A stretch of DNA of 64,000 nt, taken from positions 1 through 64,000 of the forward strand of contig JAXMNT010000020.1 of NCBI GenBank assembly GCA_034670305.1, read 5' to 3'. Positions 35,198 through 46,581 of this stretch are shown in pieces. Each line of letters begins with the position of its first letter. The stretch's first letter is position 1. The translations under genes and the position numbers were made by a program. The stretch comes from Deltaproteobacteria bacterium (GTDB taxonomy: Bacteria; Myxococcota_A; Polyangia; Polyangiales; Houyiibacteriaceae). The notes below the pieces were generated by a model. It saw only the letters and a program-made list of their open reading frames with translations. It was not told the DNA's origin and did not search any database.

Positions 35198-36341
35198 GCC
35201 TCTGCCCCGGAGACACTGTCCTCGAGTTCGGACGCACCGCTCATCGAGAGGCCCCGGTCCACGAGCGCGCGCCGCAGCTCGGTGAGCACCTCCGGCACCT
35301 GGACGTCGTCGAGCACGGCGCGCAGAAACGCGTCGGTCAACATCGCTCGGGCGGTGTCGTGCGGGATGCCGCGCGACCGAAGGTAGAAGAGCGCGTCCGG
35401 GTCGAGCGCGCCGGCGGTGGCGCCGTGACTCGCGACGACGTCGTCGTTGTTGATCTCGAGGTGCGGCTTGGTGTGCAGCGTCGCGCGGTCGCTGAGGAGC
35501 AGGTTGCCGTTCGACTGATGGCACTCGCTGCCGGGTGCGTCCTTGCCGACGATCGACTGCCCGTCGAAGACCGCGCTGCCTTTGCCGTCGAGCACACCGC
35601 GGTAGACCTGGTGGCTCGTGTTCTTCGGTCCGATGTGGTCGATGAAGACGTGATGATCCACGTGTTCGCCGTCGGTCACGTGGTACGCGCCTTCGGTGGT
35701 CGCCTGCGCGCCGGGCCCATGAAGCGCGACGCGAAGATCGAGCCGCACGAGCGCACCGCCGAACGAGAACACCCGCGACCCGTACGACGTGTCCCGCTTC
35801 TGATGCACCGCCAGCGTGCCGACGTGTTGGTCGAGTCCGAGATGCAGCCGGGTGTGATCGACGATCGCCCCGTCTTCCAGAACGACTTCCGTCACCACGT
35901 TCACGAGTCCGGCGCCCGGCTCGTACCGTTCGACCAGCGTGAGCTCGCAGTGTTTCTCGGCGATCACCAGGATGCGCGGATGCGTGATCCGACCTTCGCC
36001 GGCCGCGCCGATGCGCAGCGTGACGGTCGCGCGGTCCGCACCGGTCGCGCGCACGACGAGCACCTTCTCGTGCCGCACCGTGTTCAGCGCGGCGAAGTGC
36101 AGCGACTCCGCGATCGTGCCGACGAGTTCATGCGCGTCCACCCACTCGGCGGTGACTCCGTCCCGCAACGTGAGGTCGATGTGCGGCGCGACTTCGACCC
36201 GGGCCGCATCGACGAGGTGCCGCACGGAGGTGAAGCGCCACGCTTCGGTCTTCTTGGTCGGCAGCCCGCTCTGAAGCGCCGCGGCCGCCTGGGCCCGCAA
36301 CGGTTCGGTGGGCGCGTCCGCCAGTACGTCGAGCAAGCCCA

Positions 36342-36342
<1 letters not shown>
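35194..36342 (-). CDS. sufD: Fe-S cluster assembly protein SufD
   Basis: EAWRFT, KPHLEINNDDVVASHGAT, FYLRSRGI. Confidence 0.92.
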
Positions 36343-37118
<776 letters not shown>

Positions 37119-37219
37119 GTTCGTTCGTTCTCTCTTCAGGGCGCGCGCACTGGAGCGGGCGCGGAAATCAGGAATGGGAAACTGGGGAGGTGCGCAGGGC
37201 ACCTCGGAAACGGTCTGGC

Positions 37220-38706
<1,487 letters not shown>

Positions 38707-38710
<4 letters not shown>

Positions 38711-39207
38711 GGTGTCCCTGTGGCGTCCGATGGGACGGACGCGGATGCTGGTGTGTGGGTCGCGCGGTCGGCGGGTTTGGAGGTGATGGTGACGAGGCGC
38801 AACGTGGAGCGGGCCATGTCGGCCAGACTGATGTGCGAGAGCGCGCTCTCGACCGCTTCGTTGATCTTCTGCCAGTTGGCGCGGACGCCGCAGTTGGTCT
38901 CGTGCATGCACGCGGTCTCGCTCAGATCGTCGGTGCACTCGGTGACCGCGATCGGTCCCTCGAGCGCCGTGATGACCTCACCGATGGTGATGGCCCCAGC
39001 CGAGCGTGCGAGCGCGTAGCCACCGAGGGCACCGCGGGTCGAGACGACCAGATCTGCGGCGCCAAGTGCTTTGAGCACCTTGGCGGCGGTCGGCTGCGGG
39101 ATGCCGGTCTCGCCCGCGAGCGCCCGCACCGAGCGCGGCCCATCGAGCCCCGCCAGGTGGGTGGCGAGCACGACGCCGTAGTCGGTCATTTTGGAGATTC
39201 GGAGCAT
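38707..39207 (-). CDS. Rrf2-family SUF system regulator
   Basis: [19 protein letters not shown], three Cys ([17 protein letters not shown]); first gene of the suf operon. Confidence 0.92.
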
Positions 39208-39224
39208 AGACGCGGCGCGGACCC

Positions 39225-39275
39225 ATAGAGGACCGCATTGGTCCGATATCTAAGCGCCCCGCCCAGGCGCGTCAA
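39225..39275 (-). promoter_or_regulatory. suf promoter (TTGACG-N17-TAGATA) overlapped by a 25-bp palindromic operator
   Basis: + strand ATAgaGGACCgcattGGTCCgaTAT at 39225-39249; -35 at 39270-39275, -10 at 39247-39252. Confidence 0.7.
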
Positions 39276-39392
39276 GCACAGTGGTGCAATGCGTCTCGCG
39301 CGCGGGTCTGGAGGGCGCGAGCCCGCAGGCTTCCTCAGGCGCATGCCGAGCACCACTGGCGCCGAAGTCGCTGGGAGCGCATCCTCGTCGCG

Positions 39393-40547
39393 ATGGGAGA
39401 ACTGGGGACTTCGCGTCGGCACGCCCGCATCGGCTTGCTCCGATTGGTTTCGATCTTCGCGGGGTGCCTGCTCGCGCACCAGGTGTCGGCACAGACACCC
39501 GCGGATCCGCCGAACCCGTTCGAATCGTCGCCGGACGGGGGCACCCCCGACGCGGGCGATCCGCCCGACGAGCACAACCCGTTCGCGGTCACGCCCGATC
39601 CCAACGCCGGCGGTGAAGGCCATGGGGACGGAACCTGCGTGCCCGACTGCGAGGCCGGGTTCGCCTGCTACCACGGGCAGTGCATCTCGCGGTGCAACCC
39701 CGCTTGCCCGCAGAACCAGGTGTGCGGCTCCGACGCCCAGTGCCACCCCGACCCAGGCGGCTGCCCCTCCGGATCGGTCCGGACCGCTTCCGGTACATGC
39801 GCGTCCACCACCCCGCCTCCGCCGCCCTGTCCGCAGGGCATGATCCGCACCGCGGCCGGCACCTGCGCGCCGGGTGGACCGCCACCGAACTACGGAACGC
39901 CGGCACCGACGTACGCACGCCCCGTGATCCGCAGCACGCCGAGGGCCACGCTTCGAAGCCGTGCGCGCACCCGCGGTGTCGTGGGGTTGGTCGGCGCCGC
40001 GCTCGTGCTCGGAACGGGCTTCGCGGCGGCCGCGTTCCACGGCCAGGCCGGTGGCTGCGACAGCCCGACCTTCGACATCTGCTATCCCCCCGACCACGTC
40101 ACGTTGCCGCAGCTGCCCCTCGTCGGCATCTCCCTGGTCTCGCAGGTGGCCTTCGGGATCCTCGCGGCCGGCGGTGGCCGCGCCGCACGACAAGGCGGCA
40201 GCACCTCCACGAAGGTGTTCGGGATCCTCGGGTGGGTGACCTGGGCCGGCAGCTTGGCCGGCAACCTCGCGGTGTTCCTCAGCCACGCCATCGCCGCCAC
40301 CGACGACGAGCCGTCGGCGCTTCCGACCGGCGTCATGTACCTGCTCAGCGCCATCGGGGGCATCTCCCTCATCCTCTTCGGCCTCGACGGATTGCTCGGT
40401 GCGAGCGGGGTGCCGGACGACGAAGCCGCAGAAGACGAGAGCGCGACGTCCGCGCAATGGACACCCCAGCTCTCCATCGCACCCGAGCTCACCAGTCAGG
40501 GCGTGCAGGGCATGCGCGGCACGCTCGGCGCGCATCTGACGTTCTGA
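39393..40547 (+). CDS. hypothetical exported/membrane protein with Cys-rich and Pro-rich N-terminus and ~4 TM segments
   Basis: Signal-like segment, CVPDCEAGFACYHGQC, poly-Pro, hydrophobic helices. Confidence 0.7.
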   Translation: MGELGTSRRHARIGLLRLVSIFAGCLLAHQVSAQTPADPPNPFESSPDGGTPDAGDPPDEHNPFAVTPDPNAGGEGHGDGTCVPDCEAGFACYHGQCISRCNPACPQNQVCGSDAQCHPDPGGCPSGSVRTASGTCASTTPPPPPCPQGMIRTAAGTCAPGGPPPNYGTPAPTYARPVIRSTPRATLRSRARTRGVVGLVGAALVLGTGFAAAAFHGQAGGCDSPTFDICYPPDHVTLPQLPLVGISLVSQVAFGILAAGGGRAARQGGSTSTKVFGILGWVTWAGSLAGNLAVFLSHAIAATDDEPSALPTGVMYLLSAIGGISLILFGLDGLLGASGVPDDEAAEDESATSAQWTPQLSIAPELTSQGVQGMRGTLGAHLTF

Positions 40548-40561
40548 GTTACCCTGTTCGG

Positions 40562-42685
40562 GTGAAGTCCACCTTGTTCGCCCGCGTGGCCGCAGCGCTG
40601 CTTGGTGTGGTGACGGCGATTGGCGGCGTGGGCTGCAGCGACGACGGCGGCCTCGAACTCTTCGTCGATCTGAAGACCGACCTCGTCGCGGCCGCGGAGT
40701 TCGATTCGGTGCGGGTCGAGCTGGTCGGCGAGGGCGCGTTCGACGACGCGAGTGCGTCCCGCGGCGACGCGTTTCAAGAGGGCCGGCGCGTGGCGGAGTT
40801 CGGCGCGCTCCCCCCGAACGAGTCCCGCAGCGTGCGGGTGCGGCTGACCCGGAGCGGTGCGCCCGTGGCAGAGCGCGTGGTCGCGTTGCGGCAACTCGAG
40901 AGCCGGAGCATCACCATCGTCGTCACCCGCAGCTGCGTAGACGTGATGTGCGGCGCGGACGAGAGCTGCCACGGTGGCCGTTGCGTGGCGCCGGAGTGTG
41001 TGACCGGTGCCGAACCGGTGTGCCCAGAACCCGAGTGTCGAACCGCAGCGGAGTGTACGGGCGCCGACGCGTGCGCCATGGGGGTCTGCGAAGACGCGGT
41101 GTGTCTCTTCGTCGACGCCGACCGATGCACGCCATCCGAGTACTGCGACCCGGACGTCGGCTGTGTGCTGCTCGACGTCGACGATGGCGGACCGGGCGAT
41201 GGTGGACCCGATGCCGGAGATGGCGGCGCGGACGCGGGCGGCATCGACGCAGGTGGCATGGACGCCGGGACGATGGACGCCGGCGCCGGCGACGTGGTTC
41301 CGCGTCCCTTCTGGCCGCCCAACGGCCACCCCACAGGCAGCGTGCACGCACCGGCCGACGCCGACGTGCTGCGCCCTACCCTCCGCTGGTCACCCGCGAT
41401 CGATGCGGTGGAGTACGAAGTCGAGGTCTCGGACGACTGCGGCGCCTCCGACGCGCTCGACTGCGCGTTTCCGACCGTGACCGAGCGGACCCGCACATCG
41501 GCCACCTCGCTGCGAACGATGACGCTGGCCGTCTCGATGGTCGTGCCGGTCGGGCGTCGCTACCACTGGCGGGTGCGCGCGTGCGATGCCGCCACCTGCG
41601 GCGCCTGGAGCGCCGTTCGATGGTTCGACGCGGGGCGACTGACCTACGACGTCAACGGCGACGGGTACGACGACATCGCGGTCGGGGCGCGGTTCGCGGT
41701 GACGCTCCACCCGGGTTCCCCGGAGAAGCGGTTCGTCACCAGCACCAACTTCCCGAACCCAGGGGCGGACGACGTGTCGGGCTACGGGGAGGCGATCCAC
41801 TTCGACGACTTCAGCGGCGACGGATTTCGCGACGTGGTGGTGGGCGCTTACGCCGACGGCGGCGTGGGCAGCGTGTTCCTGCACCGAGGCCAAGCCTCCG
41901 GGCTCGGGATCGCGACTCGGATCCCGGCGCCGGCGGGCACGGCCATCGAGGCCGAGTTCGGCCGGCGGCTCTGCAGTGGTGACATGGACGGTGACGGCAT
42001 CGCGGACCTCGCGGTGGCGGGCGCGCGGGTCAGCTGGTGGATCCCAGGGGGGCCGACGCCCTCGGCCTTGCCGCTCGGCTCGTTCGTTGTCGAGGGCTGC
42101 GCCGATCTCGACGAAGACGGCTACCAGGATCTCTTCGGCGGCGGAGACGTCCTTTGGGGCGGTCCCGGAGGTCCCGAGACCCGCCCGACGGTGGTTCCCT
42201 CGAACCTCTCGTTTGCGATTGGCGACCTCACCGGCGACGGGCACGTCGAGCTGGTGGGCCGGGGCGACTCGAACGTGCCGATCTACCGAACCGGGTCCGA
42301 GATCGTCCCACTCGGCAACTTGGACGTGGGCATGAACTGCCTCGAGCACCAGACCGGCGCGATCCTCGACATCGACGGCGACGGCCGCAACGAAGCGCTG
42401 GTCTCGGTGCCGGGCGCGTCCCCCGATCAGGGTGCGCTCTATTGGATTCGGTTCGTCGGCGTCGACTTCGTCTCCGCGCCCTTCTCGGTCTGCACCGGCG
42501 ACTGCCAGCAGGGCACCGCGCTCTCAGTCGGACTCGACCGCAACGGAGATGGTCTCGGAGACGTCGCCGTCGGCGCGCCCGGGAGAACCTGGATCACTTC
42601 CGTCTATGGGCCGGCGGTCGGCTCCCCGAACCTCGTGAACTCGATGCGGAGTGGCCTGTTCACCCACTACGGCCTAGCGCTCTAA
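40562..42685 (+). CDS. FG-GAP/VCBS repeat lipoprotein with Cys-rich and FN3-like regions (paralog 1)
   Basis: Lipoprotein-like signal (GVGC); YHWRVRAC; repeated DxNGDGxxD/AVGA. Confidence 0.85.
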   Translation: MKSTLFARVAAALLGVVTAIGGVGCSDDGGLELFVDLKTDLVAAAEFDSVRVELVGEGAFDDASASRGDAFQEGRRVAEFGALPPNESRSVRVRLTRSGAPVAERVVALRQLESRSITIVVTRSCVDVMCGADESCHGGRCVAPECVTGAEPVCPEPECRTAAECTGADACAMGVCEDAVCLFVDADRCTPSEYCDPDVGCVLLDVDDGGPGDGGPDAGDGGADAGGIDAGGMDAGTMDAGAGDVVPRPFWPPNGHPTGSVHAPADADVLRPTLRWSPAIDAVEYEVEVSDDCGASDALDCAFPTVTERTRTSATSLRTMTLAVSMVVPVGRRYHWRVRACDAATCGAWSAVRWFDAGRLTYDVNGDGYDDIAVGARFAVTLHPGSPEKRFVTSTNFPNPGADDVSGYGEAIHFDDFSGDGFRDVVVGAYADGGVGSVFLHRGQASGLGIATRIPAPAGTAIEAEFGRRLCSGDMDGDGIADLAVAGARVSWWIPGGPTPSALPLGSFVVEGCADLDEDGYQDLFGGGDVLWGGPGGPETRPTVVPSNLSFAIGDLTGDGHVELVGRGDSNVPIYRTGSEIVPLGNLDVGMNCLEHQTGAILDIDGDGRNEALVSVPGASPDQGALYWIRFVGVDFVSAPFSVCTGDCQQGTALSVGLDRNGDGLGDVAVGAPGRTWITSVYGPAVGSPNLVNSMRSGLFTHYGLAL

Positions 42686-42768
42686 CCGAGCTGGCCGGTT
42701 CCCCCCGACGCCCTCTGCCGACCGATCGAAAGTGAGCGGGGTTCGGGCGTCGCTGCTACCCTGTTCGG

Positions 42769-44841
42769 GTGAGTCGGGGGATTCGTTGGTTGGGGCTTCG
42801 CGTGCTGTGTGGCGCGCTCGCATTCGGATCCGCCAGCTGCGGCGACGACGGCCTCGAACTCTTCGTCGACCTCAAGACCGACTTGGTGCCCGACGTGGAG
42901 TTCGTCGATGTGCAGGTGCTCCTGCTCGGCGAAGGGGCGTTCGTCGAGACCCCAGCCCTCGGCGGCTTTCCCTTCGACGAAGGCCAGCGGGTCGCGGAGT
43001 TCGATGGGCTCGGCGCCAACCCGACGCGCGGCGTGCGGGTGGTGCTGCTCGACGCCGAACGGCGGACCGTCGCCGAACGCGAGATCGTCGTGCAGCACAC
43101 CGCGAGTCGAAGCGTGACGTTGCTCGTCACCCGCGACTGCCGCGACGTCACCTGTCCTGAGGGTGACACCTGCTACGGCGGACGCTGCGTCGATCCGGGG
43201 TGCGTGACCGGCAACGAGCCGGAGTGTCCGGAGCCCGAGTGCGAGCGCAACCTCGACTGTCCCAACATGGACGCGTGTGCGATCGCCCGCTGCGAGTCCT
43301 CGGTCTGCGTCTACGTGTCGGGCGGCCTGTGCGCCCCAACCGAGTACTGCGACCCCGGCCTCGGCTGCACGGCGCTGCCCGATCCCGTTGACGCCGGTCC
43401 CCGAGACGCGGGCGCCGACGCACCCTCGGCTTTGCCGGCGCCTCAGCCCTTCGCTCCACCAAACGGACACCCGACCGGCAGCGTGCACGCACCAGCGGCG
43501 GATGTTCGCCAGCTCACGCTGCGCTGGGAGCCCGTCGCCGGCGCAGCCATGTACGACGTGGAGATCACCGACGAGTGCGACCCGGGGAGCTACCGCACGT
43601 GTCCGTTCGCCTCACCAAGTTTCGGCGGCGCCATCAGCGCACCTCTCTACATCACCGCGGAGCTCCCCGTCTCGACGACGCCGCCCGTCGGCACCCGATA
43701 CTACTGGCGCGTGCGCGCGTGCCGCGTGTTCGGAGAGGCGGACACCTGCGCGGGCTGGAGCGACGTGCGCTACGTCGACGTCGGCCGACTGACCTACGAC
43801 GTCAACGGCGACGGATACGACGACCTGTTGGCGGGTGGGCGGTACGCGGTGGTCGAGTACCTCGGTGGCCCGGGCGGGCTCGGCGGCCCCCGCGTCTTGG
43901 CCAACCCCGTGCCGGACTCGACCAGTGGCTACGGACGCACCGTGCGGTTCGACGACTTCAACGCGGACGGCTACCGCGACGCATTGGTGGGCGCGCCGTT
44001 CGACCGCGGGTTCGGCGCGGTGATGCTTCACCTCGGCGGACCGACCGGGCTTGGCGCGGCGACCGTGCGACAGAACCCGCCTGCCTCCGAGCTCAACGAC
44101 TTCTTCGGCGACGAACTGTGCAGCGGAGACTTCGACGGAGACGGCTACGCCGACGTGGCGGTGGGATCCTTGAGCGGCACCTGGTGGTACCGCGGCGGCA
44201 CCGCCGTCGAGACCACGGCGCGACTCGTCGAGATGCGTGGATTCGGCGGCGGCTGCGCCGACGCGAACGGCGACGGATACCAGGACCTCCTGGGCGGGCG
44301 GGTCGCGCTCGGTGGACCGGGCGGTCCGGTGCCGAGTGCGGGCACCGTGGGGAACAATGTGCTCGGCGATCTCGATGGGGACGGTCGAGTGGAGATGAGC
44401 GGAACGGGCGATACGAACTCCCGGCTCTACACCCTCGACGGCTCGATGGACGCGACCGACCTCGGCTTCACCGGCGCGGGCATGGGTACGGTGGACCACC
44501 AGGTGGGCGCCGTGCTCGACATGGATGGCGACGGAAGCGGCGACGCGATCCTGGCTTGGCCCGGCCCGAGCGGAGACAGCCAGGGAGACGTGTGGCGGGT
44601 GCCCTTCAGCGGGCTCACCCCGCAACCCGCCGTGGTCCTCAATCCATGCACCGGCGCCTGCCGACAAGGCTGGGCGATCAGCGCCGGCGCCGACTACAAC
44701 GGCGACGGCTTCGGCGACGCGGCGGTCAGCTACCACGTGGCGGAGGGTGTGAGCGTCTACCTCGGCCGGTCCGGTGCGGCCCCCACCGAAGTGCGACTGA
44801 CCAACCCGGGCGGGTTCACGGACTTCGGCACCGCGCTTTAG
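42769..44841 (+). CDS. FG-GAP/VCBS repeat lipoprotein (paralog 2)
   Basis: Same layout; shares GLELFVDLKTDLV, PPNGHPTGSVHAP and GRLTYDVNGDGYDD with paralog 1. Confidence 0.85.
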   Translation: MSRGIRWLGLRVLCGALAFGSASCGDDGLELFVDLKTDLVPDVEFVDVQVLLLGEGAFVETPALGGFPFDEGQRVAEFDGLGANPTRGVRVVLLDAERRTVAEREIVVQHTASRSVTLLVTRDCRDVTCPEGDTCYGGRCVDPGCVTGNEPECPEPECERNLDCPNMDACAIARCESSVCVYVSGGLCAPTEYCDPGLGCTALPDPVDAGPRDAGADAPSALPAPQPFAPPNGHPTGSVHAPAADVRQLTLRWEPVAGAAMYDVEITDECDPGSYRTCPFASPSFGGAISAPLYITAELPVSTTPPVGTRYYWRVRACRVFGEADTCAGWSDVRYVDVGRLTYDVNGDGYDDLLAGGRYAVVEYLGGPGGLGGPRVLANPVPDSTSGYGRTVRFDDFNADGYRDALVGAPFDRGFGAVMLHLGGPTGLGAATVRQNPPASELNDFFGDELCSGDFDGDGYADVAVGSLSGTWWYRGGTAVETTARLVEMRGFGGGCADANGDGYQDLLGGRVALGGPGGPVPSAGTVGNNVLGDLDGDGRVEMSGTGDTNSRLYTLDGSMDATDLGFTGAGMGTVDHQVGAVLDMDGDGSGDAILAWPGPSGDSQGDVWRVPFSGLTPQPAVVLNPCTGACRQGWAISAGADYNGDGFGDAAVSYHVAEGVSVYLGRSGAAPTEVRLTNPGGFTDFGTAL

Positions 44842-44865
44842 CAGGTCGCTGAAAAGCGACCTGCT
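44840..44865. repeat. Perfect 11-bp hairpin with GAAA loop; probable IS end and possible terminator
   Basis: agcaggtcgct-gaaa-agcgacctgct overlapping the TAG stop; followed by a GCCCTT tract 44866-44899. Confidence 0.75.
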
Positions 44866-44987
44866 CCCTTGCCGTTGCCCTTGCCCGTGCCCTTGCCCGC
44901 GTCGTGGACGCCGTGTGTTTCGCGACGGCGAGGCCGCGAATCGGAGCCCGATGCCCAGCGGACGAAGCCGCCGGGCATCGGTCGGTG

Positions 44988-45375
44988 CTACGCGGCGCAG
45001 CTCCGCAGCCGCGCGACGCGTAGGAGGTTGTATGCGGCGCCGGCCAGGTAGGCGGCGAACTGTGTCTTGCGTCTGCCTCGATATTCGACGCGGCGAAGCC
45101 GAGCGAAGCGAGCAAGCCGTGTCACGGACGGGGTTTGGGGGCCGTGCCCCCAAGAATATTCGACGCGGCGAAGCCGAGCGAAGCGAGCAAGCCGTATCAC
45201 CGGGACGGGGTTTGGGGGCTGTGCCCCCAAGAAATATCGCGTGCGCCTGAGTCCCCCGACGCTCTTGAGCCATCCGAAGATCGTCTCGATGCGCATCCGG
45301 ATGCGCTGGCTGATCGCGTAGTCGGCGTGCCATGTCGTACGCCCGTCGATCGCCGAGCGTCGTCTCGCGTGCTCG
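44988..45375 (-). pseudogene. C-terminal remnant of an IS5-like DDE transposase, interrupted in frame by 153 bp
   Basis: RRSAIDGRTTWHADYAISQRIRMRIETIFGWLKSVGGLRRTR[insert]YRGRRK…AAYNLLR; N-terminal part absent. Confidence 0.85.
45081..45237 (+). mobile_element. Two tandem hairpin-rich units (75 and 78 bp) delimited by three ATAT tetramers
   Basis: ATAT at 45081, 45156 and 45234; removing 153 bp restores CGATATCG and the transposase reading RTRYRG. Confidence 0.9.
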
Positions 45376-45479
45376 CGCTTTGAACTGCCGTGTTCGAAGC
45401 GGCGCCGTTCGTTGCCCGGCTCAGCACTGAGGCGCAGCGCCGGGGCTTCGCTCCGCGTGGTTTGAGAGGTGGCTGCGCT
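45376..45479. repeat. Left ~100-bp imperfect inverted repeat of the Y1 transposase unit
   Basis: Reverse complement agcgcagccac…cgctgcgcctc…gccgggcaacgaacggcgccgcttcgaacacggcagttcaaagcg aligns with 46250-46352. Confidence 0.85.
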
Positions 45480-45489
45480 TGAAGGTTGA

Positions 45490-46197
45490 TCAGCGGCGTG
45501 GGCCGGGGACGTCGTCGATGGGGATCCTCCCGCGCTTCCTCCACCCGACCCGTAGTAACCAGGTCCCAGGTCTCGGCATCCTCGGGGCGCAATCGCCCCG
45601 ATCACGCTTTGCAGGATCGTTGGGCGTCGACTTCCATCCGTCGAAGGCGCTCGCGGTGGAGCACGGATCCACCCAGTGCGAGTCGATCTTCTGACGCGGG
45701 CCCGCGTGTTTGCGGGCGTTGTTCAGTACGTAGCGGAGCGCGTGGCGGACCTGGGTCGGGGTCTTCAACGGCTCGACGTGATAGCGGTCCGGAAACACTT
45801 GTCCGCGTCGGCCGACGTGTTTGTTGAGTCGCCTGGCCAGACGAACAAGCAGGCCCTTCATGCCGCGTTGCAGCGCCGTCGTGCCTTTGCACTCGACGAT
45901 GAGATGCACGTGATTGCTTTGAATCGAGAAGTGAACGATGCGCATGCCGTGGCGCTCGGCGGCCTCTTCCAAGACCGCAAAGCAGACCGCCCGGAGGTCG
46001 CGTCGACGCAGGTTCGGCAGGTCCCTCGCGACCTTGATGGTCACGTGCACCGGGTGCCGGTTCTGAATGGCCGGCCTCCGACGATGAGGCACACCTGCGC
46101 GTTCCCCCTTGGGCTTGCGACCCGCGCCAGCCCGACGACCACCCCACTGGCGGCACTGCAGGTCCAACTGTTTGAGTTTCCGAGCACGACGTGCCAT
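45490..46197 (-). CDS. Y1 HUH tyrosine transposase (IS200 TnpA/RAYT-like)
   Basis: HPVHVT, HUH motif SNHVHLIVE, VFPDRYH, catalytic Tyr in LRYVLNNARKH; basic N-terminal WGGRRAGAGRK. Confidence 0.9.
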   Translation of the reverse strand: MARRARKLKQLDLQCRQWGGRRAGAGRKPKGERAGVPHRRRPAIQNRHPVHVTIKVARDLPNLRRRDLRAVCFAVLEEAAERHGMRIVHFSIQSNHVHLIVECKGTTALQRGMKGLLVRLARRLNKHVGRRGQVFPDRYHVEPLKTPTQVRHALRYVLNNARKHAGPRQKIDSHWVDPCSTASAFDGWKSTPNDPAKRDRGDCAPRMPRPGTWLLRVGWRKRGRIPIDDVPGPRR

Positions 46198-46249
46198 TTG
46201 ACTAGGCTAACATATCACATCTCACCCATCATGCAGACCCTTTTTCGCC

Positions 46250-46352
46250 AGCGCAGCCACTTTCTCGGCACCGGTGACGCGGGTCGTACGCTGCGCTTCG
46301 TGCCGCCCGCCGGGCAACGAACGGCGGCCCTCCGAACACGGCAGTTCAAGCG
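46250..46352. repeat. Right ~100-bp imperfect inverted repeat of the Y1 transposase unit
   Basis: agcgcagccac…cgctgcgcttc…gccgggcaacgaacggcggccctccgaacacggcagttcaagcg. Confidence 0.85.
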
Positions 46353-46581
46353 GTGCAGCAGCATGGTGCATCTGCAAAGAAGCCCCACCGGCGCGCCGCG
46401 CCGTCGGCTGTCACCGCGGAGCCGCTGCAAGCCTGAACCCACCCGCCTTCTTAGCTACACCGCGACCTCGGCGTCCTCTGGCCCCGCAGCAGGTGACGCT
46501 CGGGGCGCTGCGTCCGGGGTTGTCCATCGGGGCGTGTCGAATGTCGCTGCACCGCCGAGACGGTGCTTGGCCGGCTCCGCG

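Noticed and set aside
45081-45237. CRISPR-like array
   Set aside because: Only two near-identical units with no unique spacers and no cas genes in the window
44988-45605. 205-aa ORF as an intact gene
   Set aside because: Chimeric frame: overlaps the Y1 gene end, crosses the inverted repeat, then enters the IS remnant and its insert
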